In this document: piece by piece, positions 28,105-36,152 of the stretch
Layout: every line of letters begins with the position of its first letter
How positions within the stretch are numbered: the first letter of the stretch is position 1
From: Escherichia phage damhaus
Strand: one strand, 5' to 3'
Sequence record: NC_049827.1
DNA: 51,154 bases
Translations under genes and position numbers: made by a program
Notes under the pieces: generated by a model
What the model saw: the letters and a program-made list of their open reading frames with translations, nothing else
What the model was told of the DNA's origin: nothing
The model's database searches: none

Positions 28105-28503
28105 ATGAGAAAGTTATCAGTAATCGCGATCGCTGTTATCTTGTCTGGATGTTCAAGCGTTACGCCACTGACCGGATTGATAGGAAGCAAGCCTGAGATA
28201 ACAGCACAGGCAGGAGCGGAGAACGTAAAACAGACCGTCGGACTGACAGCAAAACAGGACGCCAGCACAAAACAGGATACGACAATTAAAGAGTCGAAAG
28301 TTGACACTGTTGATACTTCAAACAAAAAGGAGATCAAAACGTCAACCATTCAGGCCAATACCATCAAGGCTGATAAAATCCAGGTCGTGCAGGGTGAGCA
28401 AGGCAAGTGGTACGATCCTATAATATATTGCGCGGCAATTTTTAGTGGTCTTTTGTCAATGCTTTACTTTTCCTGCCGAAAGGGCAACAAAAAGGAGGCT
28501 TAA
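28105..28503 (+). CDS. unimolecular spanin (u-spanin, T1 gp11-like)
   Basis: 132 aa with N-terminal lipoprotein signal (LSGC) and C-terminal transmembrane helix. Confidence 0.7.
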   Translation: MRKLSVIAIAVILSGCSSVTPLTGLIGSKPEITAQAGAENVKQTVGLTAKQDASTKQDTTIKESKVDTVDTSNKKEIKTSTIQANTIKADKIQVVQGEQGKWYDPIIYCAAIFSGLLSMLYFSCRKGNKKEA

Positions 28504-28518
28504 CGCCTCCTTTGTTTT
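28492..28518 (+). terminator. rho-independent terminator after lysis cassette
   Basis: GGAGGC-TTAAC-GCCTCC hairpin followed by TTTGTTTT. Confidence 0.6.
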
Positions 28519-28732
28519 ATGCATCAGCCCACATATAACTTTCGTTTGTGAGTTTTGCATATTCGCGAACTTCAAATTCGCACTTATCACCGTACATCTC
28601 CGCGACTTTCTTCTCGTTCGCTACCGCTGATTCCTCGGTCCATCCATCAGCTTTGCTGTAAAGAGTTGGAATCTCACTGCTAGTACCGTTGGAGTGATTA
28701 TAAACGCGAACTACTAAAAATTTGTTAGCCAT
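28517..28732 (-). CDS. hypothetical protein
   Basis: 71-aa ORF preceded by box, hairpin and conserved leader. Confidence 0.5.
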   Translation of the reverse strand: MANKFLVVRVYNHSNGTSSEIPTLYSKADGWTEESAVANEKKVAEMYGDKCEFEVREYAKLTNESYMWADA

Positions 28733-28793
28733 GATGTTTTCCTTCTGGTCGTTTCGTCTCGATGAAACAAATATACCCGATACGAGATCGGGT

Positions 28794-28815
28794 GTTTTAA
28801 CAAAAAGTGCTATTC
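28794..28815 (-). promoter_or_regulatory. conserved intergenic box copy
   Basis: minus strand reads AAATAGCACTTTTTGTTAAAAC overlapping the TAG stop of gene 28810-29004. Confidence 0.7.
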
Positions 28816-29004
28816 AATACGCTTTACAGTAACCAACAAAACTCCGTCCTCATCACACAAATTATGCTCTGATATATCAAACGCTCGCATGTCAGAATGA
28901 ATGAGCGTTAACATTGCGTGCATGAAGTCGTCATGTGAGATTGAACTTACGGCGCAGAACTTCAATATTTTGTCTATTAGCATTTGACGTAAACAATTCT
29001 TCAT
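28810..29004 (-). CDS. hypothetical protein (start uncertain)
   Basis: 64-aa ORF; overlaps the upstream ORF by 74 nt in another frame, so the start may be an internal Met. Confidence 0.35.
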   Translation of the reverse strand: MKNCLRQMLIDKILKFCAVSSISHDDFMHAMLTLIHSDMRAFDISEHNLCDEDGVLLVTVKRIE

Positions 29005-29323
29005 CGCTCATTTCTCCGATCCGTAAAACATCCCTTACCCATTCGTTTTGCATACCTTCCAGGCTGTAAAGTTCAAACGAGAAAGGGCGATTTGCTGATC
29101 CTTTCTTACACCAGAACTTTCCACCAACTCCATCAAGATAACCAGCGGTCATCATTCTTGCGCAAAATTCTTTTGAAACGGCAGTTGCAAACATCCTCGG
29201 CGTAAATCCTGCGGCCCTTGCGAGCCGCTCACATTCTCTGTGCTGAAAGATAAATTTTGCTATATGTTGACGTGTAAACCATTCGAATGACTCACACCAG
29301 CGATACAGATCCAGAAGAAACAT
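28931..29323 (-). CDS. hypothetical protein
   Basis: 130-aa ORF directly after the DUF3987-like gene. Confidence 0.5.
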   Translation of the reverse strand: MFLLDLYRWCESFEWFTRQHIAKFIFQHRECERLARAAGFTPRMFATAVSKEFCARMMTAGYLDGVGGKFWCKKGSANRPFSFELYSLEGMQNEWVRDVLRIGEMSDEELFTSNANRQNIEVLRRKFNLT

Positions 29324-29325
29324 AA

Positions 29326-30909
29326 TTACCCTAGCAATGTTGGATTTACGAAAACAACGCCATTAATCACACAAATATAATTTCTTTCCTCAATCATCGG
29401 AAGCAGTTGCGTTTCCATGCGCTTCATTACTCCAGCCTGACCAACAAAAGGCTTAACTTTTCGTGCAGCCTCATATATGGCGCGCACATTCAAGATTCCC
29501 TTATTAGCCTTTCCGTGTCGAGTGATGATCTCGATTAGTTTACCCATTTCAGCATCATCACCAGCATAGCCAGAAGCGTTTGCGGCGCTAATGTATGTTT
29601 TGCTCAACTCGCTAAACATCAGCAATGCTTCCTGAACGGTTTCAACCTCAATCTCTTTCGACTTCTGAGGGTATCCACCAGGATTAAACCAATTGCGGAT
29701 AGTGTGCAAAACCGAAGCAATCCTGATCACCTGCTTATCCATTTTGCCAAGCGCACCTCGCAGCATTGTATGCGAATACTTTCCGCCATCAGCAAGGTGC
29801 GGTTCCATCTCCTGACGAGCCATGTTAAGCACTCGCATTGCGGATTTGCTGATCTTAAGCTGGATGTTTGATTCGCTCATGATGTTATGGATCAGCTTAA
29901 AATATTGGCTTTTCAGTTCTCCATCAACAGGCTCATAAGTCGAATCACCGTTATCATCAACAAATTTTCGACGACCTAAAAATGATTCTTCACGCACAAG
30001 CAAATAACGCTCACTCACACCGATACCGCGCGATCCTGCATCCATGATGGCATTAATTGTTTCATCCTGGGCAATTACTGCCATGCAGCCAAGAGCTTTA
30101 AAACTCATGTTATTGTCTGCGTTTGCGCGAGCTATAGAAACATGACCGTGATCCCATGCTTTTAGCACAAGTTCGCTGTTTGTTTTGCGTTCGCTATTGG
30201 CATATGTCAGACCTAAAAGGCTGTTAATACTCGTTGCCTCGTCTGAAATTACAGCAAAGTTACCCTGGCGATTGTTGATTCTTGCAAGTCCTTCCGGCGT
30301 GGTATCGGACACAGGGAAAACAATGTCACACATCTTTTCAAGTTTTTCTTCAAGATCTTCTTTCTCTTGGTATAGCGATTCCATATCAGCGCCAGATCGC
30401 TCGCTTTTCATCTCTTTTGCAAGACCTGCCAACTTTGCCTGAATCTTTTTTCGTTCCTTCTTTCGCTGATCATTAATTCTTTCTACTTCAGCAACCATAG
30501 GAGCAAGTGCCAGGCTGTTAACGGCAGATTTACCAGTTGAAGGAGGCTGGCTTGTGACAACATAAAGAGCTGTCGGCTGATCCGTTCCGTGATACTCAAC
30601 CGTGAAGCGTCCAAGCATTGCAGCAGACACGCAGCCGATAAAATGCATATATGCCGATGATTCAGGGAATTGAACAGAGCGAGCAATGTTGCGAGCCAAC
30701 TTACCAACAACATCAACATCATTGCCAAGAGAAATTACAGGGTAGCGATCGTTTCCGTTATTGACATCATTAACCTCACCCCAAAAGCTGGACGATTGAC
30801 GGTATCCGTTAGCCTGAATGGACACGCGCACCGGAGACAATCCTTGTGCATCAGCTAATTCGATAATTTGTTTTGGTGTTAGTTTATTTGTTTCAAACGA
30901 AAAATTCAT
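29326..30909 (-). CDS. putative replication-associated P-loop protein (DUF3987-like)
   Basis: Start at Met19 with AAAGGAG RBS; 527 aa; Walker-A-like PSTGKSAV; family assignment from memory of motif context. Confidence 0.5.
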   Translation of the reverse strand: MNFSFETNKLTPKQIIELADAQGLSPVRVSIQANGYRQSSSFWGEVNDVNNGNDRYPVISLGNDVDVVGKLARNIARSVQFPESSAYMHFIGCVSAAMLGRFTVEYHGTDQPTALYVVTSQPPSTGKSAVNSLALAPMVAEVERINDQRKKERKKIQAKLAGLAKEMKSERSGADMESLYQEKEDLEEKLEKMCDIVFPVSDTTPEGLARINNRQGNFAVISDEATSINSLLGLTYANSERKTNSELVLKAWDHGHVSIARANADNNMSFKALGCMAVIAQDETINAIMDAGSRGIGVSERYLLVREESFLGRRKFVDDNGDSTYEPVDGELKSQYFKLIHNIMSESNIQLKISKSAMRVLNMARQEMEPHLADGGKYSHTMLRGALGKMDKQVIRIASVLHTIRNWFNPGGYPQKSKEIEVETVQEALLMFSELSKTYISAANASGYAGDDAEMGKLIEIITRHGKANKGILNVRAIYEAARKVKPFVGQAGVMKRMETQLLPMIEERNYICVINGVVFVNPTLLG

Positions 30910-30960
30910 TGATGATAACTCCTTTTTGATGCGGCAATAATACCGCACCAATGCTACCCG

Positions 30961-30982
30961 CATTTAACAAAAAATGCTATTT
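30961..30982 (-). promoter_or_regulatory. conserved intergenic box copy (one mismatch)
   Basis: minus strand AAATAGCATTTTTTGTTAAA overlapping the TAG stop of gene 30977-31198; followed by hairpin containing TATTAT. Confidence 0.6.
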
Positions 30983-31198
30983 GATCCGCTCTATGCTAAC
31001 TAAGATTTTTTCTGGTTCCTTTGCGCTGTGGCAATGCGCGGTTACGGAATCAGCAAAATCAAAATAAAGTGATTTGTTGTAAGAAAAACCAATCAGCCAT
31101 CCAACCATCGTTTTCTTTATTGGCCTGACTATATCGCCAGGCTTGAATGTTTTTGTTGCTGAACAAGTAACCTTATAGCGATATTCAGTCTTGATCAC
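30977..31198 (-). CDS. hypothetical protein
   Basis: 73-aa ORF with GTG start overlapping the upstream stop (GTGA). Confidence 0.45.
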   Translation of the reverse strand: MIKTEYRYKVTCSATKTFKPGDIVRPIKKTMVGWLIGFSYNKSLYFDFADSVTAHCHSAKEPEKILVSIERIK

Positions 31199-31581
31199 TT
31201 ATACATAGCCTCAAACAAATGACAGCCACCAGCGGAAAATCCTACTTCTTCGCGGTATAGCGTCCAGCGGTCGCCAGCTTCATCAAAAACATAACCAGCA
31301 ACAGCACCAAGCGCTCGTCCTTGCTCAATCTGGTAACGCTTTCCTTCTTTGAAATGCTTTTTGCACGGGATCTTGTGATCTACAAAGGTGCATTTAATTG
31401 TTTTTGTCTTGATATGACGATAGTCAGACTCAACAGCGTTTTGCCACTTGCTACCCTTTGTAATACTCTTTACCTGGAATTGTTCCAACTCGATCACATC
31501 ATCGCTACCAGCAATTTTTTCGTATACAGCTTTATAACGACCGTTCATCAAAACGTTGGTTTTATTGCAGATAACTTTCAT
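31195..31581 (-). CDS. hypothetical protein
   Basis: 128-aa ORF with AAAGGAG RBS. Confidence 0.55.
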   Translation of the reverse strand: MKVICNKTNVLMNGRYKAVYEKIAGSDDVIELEQFQVKSITKGSKWQNAVESDYRHIKTKTIKCTFVDHKIPCKKHFKEGKRYQIEQGRALGAVAGYVFDEAGDRWTLYREEVGFSAGGCHLFEAMYK

Positions 31582-31636
31582 CGTTTATTTCTCCTTTCGT
31601 TTCGGTGAAGTGATTATGCCAGGATTTTACACCTGG

Positions 31637-31658
31637 CTTTTAACAAAAAGTGCTATTT
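31637..31658 (-). promoter_or_regulatory. conserved intergenic box copy
   Basis: minus strand AAATAGCACTTTTTGTTAAAA overlapping the TAG stop of the methyltransferase gene; followed by GCCAGG...CCTGGC hairpin and CATAAT. Confidence 0.7.
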
Positions 31659-32363
31659 TGCGTTAGCTTCAAAGACTGCGCGTGCAAAACCGCGCGGGGT
31701 GAGAGAGCGGATCATCTTTGTGCGAGATGATTTTCCGCCAGTTTTGGCCCAGCCTGGATTATCTTTATCGTCCTCTTTCGGCAGTATTAAAGCGCGCGGA
31801 GGAATAACAAAGCCGTTGCCAGTCCAAAGACATGTTTTCTTAAAGTAGCGATCCCGCGCAGGAATAATATCAGGGAAGTCGGGATGTTTATCATCTTCCG
31901 GCAGATAGCCAGCGTAATCGCACGGATGGAACGTATAATCAGGCTTACGCCATAACGTTGACAGCTTGCCTACAGGATTCTCTATCATGTAAGGAACACC
32001 GAAATAATCAGCGATATGCGCCGCTATTTTGCAAGTGTCGGCGGCTTCATCCTGGAATTTTGGATTATCAATTCTCTTTTTAGCCCAATGGCGAGATCCG
32101 CTATTTGCAAGGTCAGTGCATGGAGGGAACGCCATAATAAAATCAGGCTTACCCCAATTTTCAAGTTTTGCGGTATATTTGAATAGATCATCAATCCACA
32201 CATTAACGTAAAAAATATTATCGTGGATTATGCGCACTGAGTGGTAATCACCGTGATCTGCATCATCGTAATTAAAGCAAATGCATTTATATCCAGCATT
32301 AGCCCAATCTTTAACGGCTTTACCAGATCCATCAAACAAAGAGAAAATTAAACCCTTATACAT
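31653..32363 (-). CDS. putative DNA (cytosine-5)-methyltransferase-like protein (short, orphan)
   Basis: 236 aa with FDGSG (motif I-like), PPC (motif IV-like PC dipeptide) and IENP (ENV-like); GAGGTGA RBS. Confidence 0.5.
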   Translation of the reverse strand: MYKGLIFSLFDGSGKAVKDWANAGYKCICFNYDDADHGDYHSVRIIHDNIFYVNVWIDDLFKYTAKLENWGKPDFIMAFPPCTDLANSGSRHWAKKRIDNPKFQDEAADTCKIAAHIADYFGVPYMIENPVGKLSTLWRKPDYTFHPCDYAGYLPEDDKHPDFPDIIPARDRYFKKTCLWTGNGFVIPPRALILPKEDDKDNPGWAKTGGKSSRTKMIRSLTPRGFARAVFEANAK

Positions 32364-32372
32364 TTCATCACC

Positions 32373-32597
32373 TCAAAACGGAAAGCATCGCGGGCAGTTA
32401 GGATCGAAGTTGCAGCCGCAATCATTGACAATCATTGTTGGATCTGCAAATGCAGCGCCGCATTCATGGTCCATATCCATTTCACCCAACGCATCATCAA
32501 GCGTCCTGATTTTATATGCGACTTCAAGCGCGGCCTCTTTATTCAGTCCGGCATCTTCTGCTTTTTGCAGTCGCTCAAAAAATCCGTCCTGACTCAT
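32373..32597 (-). CDS. small Cys-rich protein (possible zinc-binding)
   Basis: 74 aa; C-terminal HECG...CGCNFDPNCPRC cluster; AAGGAG RBS. Confidence 0.55.
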   Translation of the reverse strand: MSQDGFFERLQKAEDAGLNKEAALEVAYKIRTLDDALGEMDMDHECGAAFADPTMIVNDCGCNFDPNCPRCFPF

Positions 32598-32695
32598 TTA
32601 ATAAACTCCTTAATAACAGTAAGAAGAATTGCAAGCCAAAGCAAACCAACAAGGCCAATCATCACGACAAATAAAATATCAAGAAATTTCATCAT
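32594..32695 (-). CDS. putative 33-aa hydrophobic micro-protein
   Basis: Below track cutoff; MMKFLDILFVVMIGLVGLLWLAILLTVIKEFIK; AAAGGTGA RBS; stop overlaps downstream start. Confidence 0.4.
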   Translation of the reverse strand: MMKFLDILFVVMIGLVGLLWLAILLTVIKEFIK

Positions 32696-32742
32696 TATTA
32701 TCACCTTTATTTAAAGGGAGGCGGAAACCTCCCATTGATTAA

Positions 32743-32970
32743 TCATACAGCCTTCCAGCTTTCAATAAACATGCTGTTTTCTTCCAGCAGTTTAATCAAT
32801 TCTTCGCGCGTGTATTTGCGGATTTTACTACCTGGATGTGAGCCAACAACAAACACACCTTTACCACTCGTGATTGTTAACTGGTTGATTCCGCAAGATT
32901 TATCCATCTTAATGGCGACGCGGTGATGTGCATCAACAGTGTGCATGATGTTAGTGACTTTAGCTTTCAT
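32743..32970 (-). CDS. hypothetical protein
   Basis: Start at Met22 of track ORF (GAGGA RBS, TATAAT and a degenerate box upstream). Confidence 0.5.
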   Translation of the reverse strand: MKAKVTNIMHTVDAHHRVAIKMDKSCGINQLTITSGKGVFVVGSHPGSKIRKYTREELIKLLEENSMFIESWKAV

Positions 32971-33022
32971 TATGCGATCCTCATTATATTTGGTGTGGTA
33001 ACTATACAAGGTTTGATAAATA

Positions 33023-33043
33023 TTGTTTAGCAATTCGTGCTAT
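33023..33043 (-). promoter_or_regulatory. conserved intergenic box, variant copy
   Basis: minus strand ATAGCACGAATTGCTAAACAA, like the variant at 39967; followed by TATAGT and TATAAT. Confidence 0.5.
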
Positions 33044-33144
33044 CAGTTGAAATAGCTATGGCGCTTTGCTCGCTTGCCGTCTCCGCCATAATGATCATTT
33101 GCAACAGCTACCATCCAGGCATTATGGAGTATTATTAGCTTCAT

Positions 33145-33426
33145 CTAATTAATACCAACAACGTTAAAACTCACAGCTTTTGTTGCGCTAAATACATACG
33201 CTTCAACAGCCTCACCAAATACACGAATTTTTCCATAACCGTACTGCGCATTCATATTGCGCCAAACCGTCCTGTTAGAACAGAACGCGTTACCAGTCTT
33301 GATAAGATTATCCATCTCTTTTCTTAGGTCATGATAATCAAGCCAGAATCTATAAGCGCGTTGTTTAATGAGTTGCGCCTTTATTGTTTCGATTGCGCTA
33401 TTGAAATCATTCTTTTCGTATGCCAT
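33145..33426 (-). CDS. hypothetical protein
   Basis: 93-aa ORF with GGAGA RBS, translationally coupled to upstream gene. Confidence 0.55.
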   Translation of the reverse strand: MAYEKNDFNSAIETIKAQLIKQRAYRFWLDYHDLRKEMDNLIKTGNAFCSNRTVWRNMNAQYGYGKIRVFGEAVEAYVFSATKAVSFNVVGIN

Positions 33427-33665
33427 TAGACGATCTCCAAATTCTCGATCTTGTTATTGCCAATTGCAGAATGAACGCAACGCTCTTGCGTCTCCTTGTC
33501 GCCATGAACATCAATATAATACCCTGGTATAACAGTAAAAAACCAATTGCCGCGCCAGAAGAAATAAAGGCCGTGCTTGCTTCCTTTTGCGCATTTATTC
33601 GCATTTTTAGGTATTGGAAGTCCGTGGACTCGCCGCAATTCTACATTCTTGTTAAAATTTGGCAT
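33426..33665 (-). CDS. hypothetical protein
   Basis: 79-aa ORF with GGAGG RBS; several Cys/His. Confidence 0.55.
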   Translation of the reverse strand: MPNFNKNVELRRVHGLPIPKNANKCAKGSKHGLYFFWRGNWFFTVIPGYYIDVHGDKETQERCVHSAIGNNKIENLEIV

Positions 33666-33859
33666 TATACAACCTCCATAAAAGTATTGAATCCACGCAG
33701 TTTGAAAGCATTGCCGTGTTTAACAACGTTCCATGTCAGACCGGAGTGATACGCAACCATATCCTCAAGATCAATTGTGATGATAGCGCCTTTCTTAAAG
33801 ATTCCTTTCTCGTGAGTGGTGTCGCGCTGCACAACTTTAACATCAACCTGTGTTTCCAT
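33665..33859 (-). CDS. hypothetical protein
   Basis: 64-aa ORF with GAGGA RBS, preceded by box, hairpin and conserved leader. Confidence 0.5.
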   Translation of the reverse strand: METQVDVKVVQRDTTHEKGIFKKGAIITIDLEDMVAYHSGLTWNVVKHGNAFKLRGFNTFMEVV

Positions 33860-33914
33860 TTTTAAATCCTCGTTCGTTGTCGATGCGCATAATATACCAA
33901 TCAGAGGCGCATCG

Positions 33915-33936
33915 GTTTTAACAAAAAGTGCTATTT
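33915..33936 (-). promoter_or_regulatory. conserved intergenic box copy
   Basis: minus strand AAATAGCACTTTTTGTTAAAAC directly after the TAA stop; followed by hairpin containing TATATTAT. Confidence 0.7.
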
Positions 33937-34201
33937 AGTCCAGGAATTCGATTTCACGATCGCCAGTTAACGGATCTACAAGCCAGAATCCGAGCGGTTC
34001 GCCGTAAACACCGCCATAGAATCCAAGCGCCGCCAGATCTTCACCTTTAACGAATGCCAGGTTTCCGCTACGGCTTACATGAGACACGTTAACGATAACC
34101 GGAAAGGTGCGATCCTTAAACGCAGGCCGCAGGGCGTAACATCCGTTATTGAGTAAACGGGCCTTGCGCTTAACTGGAATAGGTGCATTGATACGTGGCA
34201 T
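33935..34201 (-). CDS. hypothetical protein
   Basis: Start at Met32 of track ORF with AAGGAG RBS; 88 aa. Confidence 0.5.
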   Translation of the reverse strand: MPRINAPIPVKRKARLLNNGCYALRPAFKDRTFPVIVNVSHVSRSGNLAFVKGEDLAALGFYGGVYGEPLGFWLVDPLTGDREIEFLD

Positions 34202-34220
34202 CTTTATTTCTCCTTTGTTG

Positions 34221-34460
34221 TTAACCATGTTTAACGGCATCCAGAACATCACAGGATTCGTTAATAAATTTTGCCATGCGCTTATCATCACCAACAGGTA
34301 TTAGCGCGTTACACTCGCGTTCGCTACTGAACACTGTCACTTTATGGAATGATGCGAAAGGCATCGACGGGAACTCGACTGTTTGCCTCAAGATCCGCAA
34401 CCCCATCTTTTTGGCCCTTACCTGGGCCTCTGCAAGTTCAAAATCCACTTCGCTAATCAT
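34221..34460 (-). CDS. hypothetical protein
   Basis: 79-aa ORF with AAGGAG RBS. Confidence 0.55.
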   Translation of the reverse strand: MISEVDFELAEAQVRAKKMGLRILRQTVEFPSMPFASFHKVTVFSSERECNALIPVGDDKRMAKFINESCDVLDAVKHG

Positions 34461-34729
34461 TTCTTGATCTCCTTAGCAATAAACTTCAATACCTTGCGCA
34501 AAAATACCTCGTTGTTGATGGTCGCTGGCAATTCTTCTTTCACTTCTTGCGGCAGGTAAATATTGCCGTGCCAGGTTAGGCAATCGTAGTTGATACGATA
34601 AGAGCAAAGCCACTCGCAATCGTTATCAGCTTCCCAAATGCAAAGCTGCATTACGTCGCCAAAATCTTCAACAGTCAGTTCCAGACCATGACGCTTTGCA
34701 AAGTTGAAGGTGGTTTTGCTGATGTTCAT
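34457..34729 (-). CDS. hypothetical protein (first gene of minus-strand block)
   Basis: 90-aa ORF; GGAGA RBS; Cys-rich (CxxxxxxC...C...C). Confidence 0.55.
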   Translation of the reverse strand: MNISKTTFNFAKRHGLELTVEDFGDVMQLCIWEADNDCEWLCSYRINYDCLTWHGNIYLPQEVKEELPATINNEVFLRKVLKFIAKEIKK

Positions 34730-34790
34730 TGCTATCTCCTGATTGGTATCTCGTTTCGATGAGATAACTATACCAGGTTATTCCGATCTT

Positions 34791-34812
34791 GTTTTAACAA
34801 AAAGTGCTATTT
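34791..34812 (-). promoter_or_regulatory. conserved intergenic box copy at head of minus-strand block
   Basis: minus strand AAATAGCACTTTTTGTTAAAAC followed by TATAGT and the CATCGAAACGAGAT leader. Confidence 0.7.
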
Positions 34813-35345
34813 CTCAACTGGCGATTATTCCATCTATTCCATTAATCAGGAATAACAGGAATAACTCATTCGAGATCACCTGGATTGTGAGATCTTGAGT
34901 TTGATCAATTTTAATCAGGTGATTAACTTTTTGTGTGGAGGGGATAGAGAAACGCGGTCCTCTTGCGTCCTTTCCGGCAATCCTGGCGCGCGCATCTGTT
35001 ATCTTCTGTTATCGCTGTTATGCGTGTTATTCCGGCGTGGAATCGCATAACAAAAAATAACAAGAGAAATCCATATAACATACTAAAAAATAAGGATTAT
35101 TTATTTATATGTATCTATAAATTACTATCTGTTGTGCGTGTTATGTGGTCATATTGATGCCTGATGTATTTTTGGTGATTGTATGTGGTTGTGTGTTGGC
35201 AGGTATGTATATATGGGGCGGTGGCGTATCCGCGCATTTTTAGATAACACGCAAAAACAACATTGATTTATAAGAAAAAAAACACAAATCCTGTTGTGTT
35301 CTGAAAAGACAACATAGGAAAACCGCCAATAACAATAAAAAACAG

Positions 35346-35375
35346 TTGACACACCAGGTGACGGTAAATGATAAT
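35346..35375 (+). promoter_or_regulatory. sigma70 promoter (TTGACA-N18-GATAAT)
   Basis: consensus -35 and near-consensus -10 about 30 nt upstream of the first plus-strand early gene. Confidence 0.65.
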
Positions 35376-35405
35376 GCAGCCACTGAATCACGAGGGGGAT
35401 AAAGC

Positions 35406-35876
35406 ATGAGTGAATCTGTATTTACAAATGAGCTTCGCAAGGTTGCAATTGCTCTAGCCACTGGAGTGCATGAATCTATCCAGATACCTGAAAGATGGGT
35501 AAGGCAGCACCTGGAGGGCAAGAAGTCAGCCAGCAACGCCGGATCATATCTGCGTCAGATTATGGGGCGCGTTCCAGAAGTGGCGGAGAAGGGGAGAGTT
35601 TCAGTCTCAAAGAAACCTTACGGCCCTGATAGCGAATATTTCGGAGAAAATTACTTTGATGTGGCGATTGTTAGTGCTCCGAATCGCAGGGTGTACAACA
35701 AGGCCGCGCTTGAGAAGGCTGTAGCGAAAGCAAAACGCCAGGTTGCTGAGTCGATGCTTAAAGTCTCACCAAACCTAGCGAACTACTCGCCAGATGAATA
35801 TGAAACACTTGCTAAGGCGATCGCAGACTTTCACGCGATCATTAAAGAAACATATCTTAACGATGAGGATCAATAA
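35406..35876 (+). CDS. hypothetical protein (first plus-strand early gene)
   Basis: 156-aa ORF with GAGGGGGA RBS. Confidence 0.6.
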   Translation: MSESVFTNELRKVAIALATGVHESIQIPERWVRQHLEGKKSASNAGSYLRQIMGRVPEVAEKGRVSVSKKPYGPDSEYFGENYFDVAIVSAPNRRVYNKAALEKAVAKAKRQVAESMLKVSPNLANYSPDEYETLAKAIADFHAIIKETYLNDEDQ

Positions 35877-35877
35877 A

Positions 35878-36126
35878 ATGAGCAAACTTACTCTTGATGA
35901 ACTGATGGAAAAAATTGATGAAGTGGGCTTTAACAAACTGGTTGATTTCCACTTGACCGCATGTGAAATCACCGCGCAGGAGTTTAGCGAAATGCTATCT
36001 GATGCGAGCGAGATTTACACAAGCCTATGCGGAAGAGAAATCAAAGTCATTGAAATTGAAATGCCTGGAGATCCGGTATTTGCAAGGCTTGTGGCTGCAT
36101 TCGATGAGGAGAATGTTGGACTCTGA
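35878..36126 (+). CDS. hypothetical acidic protein
   Basis: Start at Met29 of track ORF (GAGGA RBS); 82 aa. Confidence 0.5.
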   Translation: MSKLTLDELMEKIDEVGFNKLVDFHLTACEITAQEFSEMLSDASEIYTSLCGREIKVIEIEMPGDPVFARLVAAFDEENVGL

Positions 36127-36130
36127 GCGG

Positions 36131-36152
36131 AAATAGCACTTTTTGTTAAAAC
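36131..36152 (+). promoter_or_regulatory. conserved intergenic box copy
   Basis: AAATAGCACTTTTTGTTAAAAC followed by GCCAGGC...GCCTGG hairpin, AATAAT and conserved leader. Confidence 0.7.

Noticed and set aside
36131-36152. Sigma54 (-24/-12) promoter resemblance of TAGCAC-N5-GTTA
   Set aside because: Lacks the GG dinucleotide, and spacing between the GC-like elements is about 10 rather than 12 nt; not consistent with TGGCAC-N5-TTGC.
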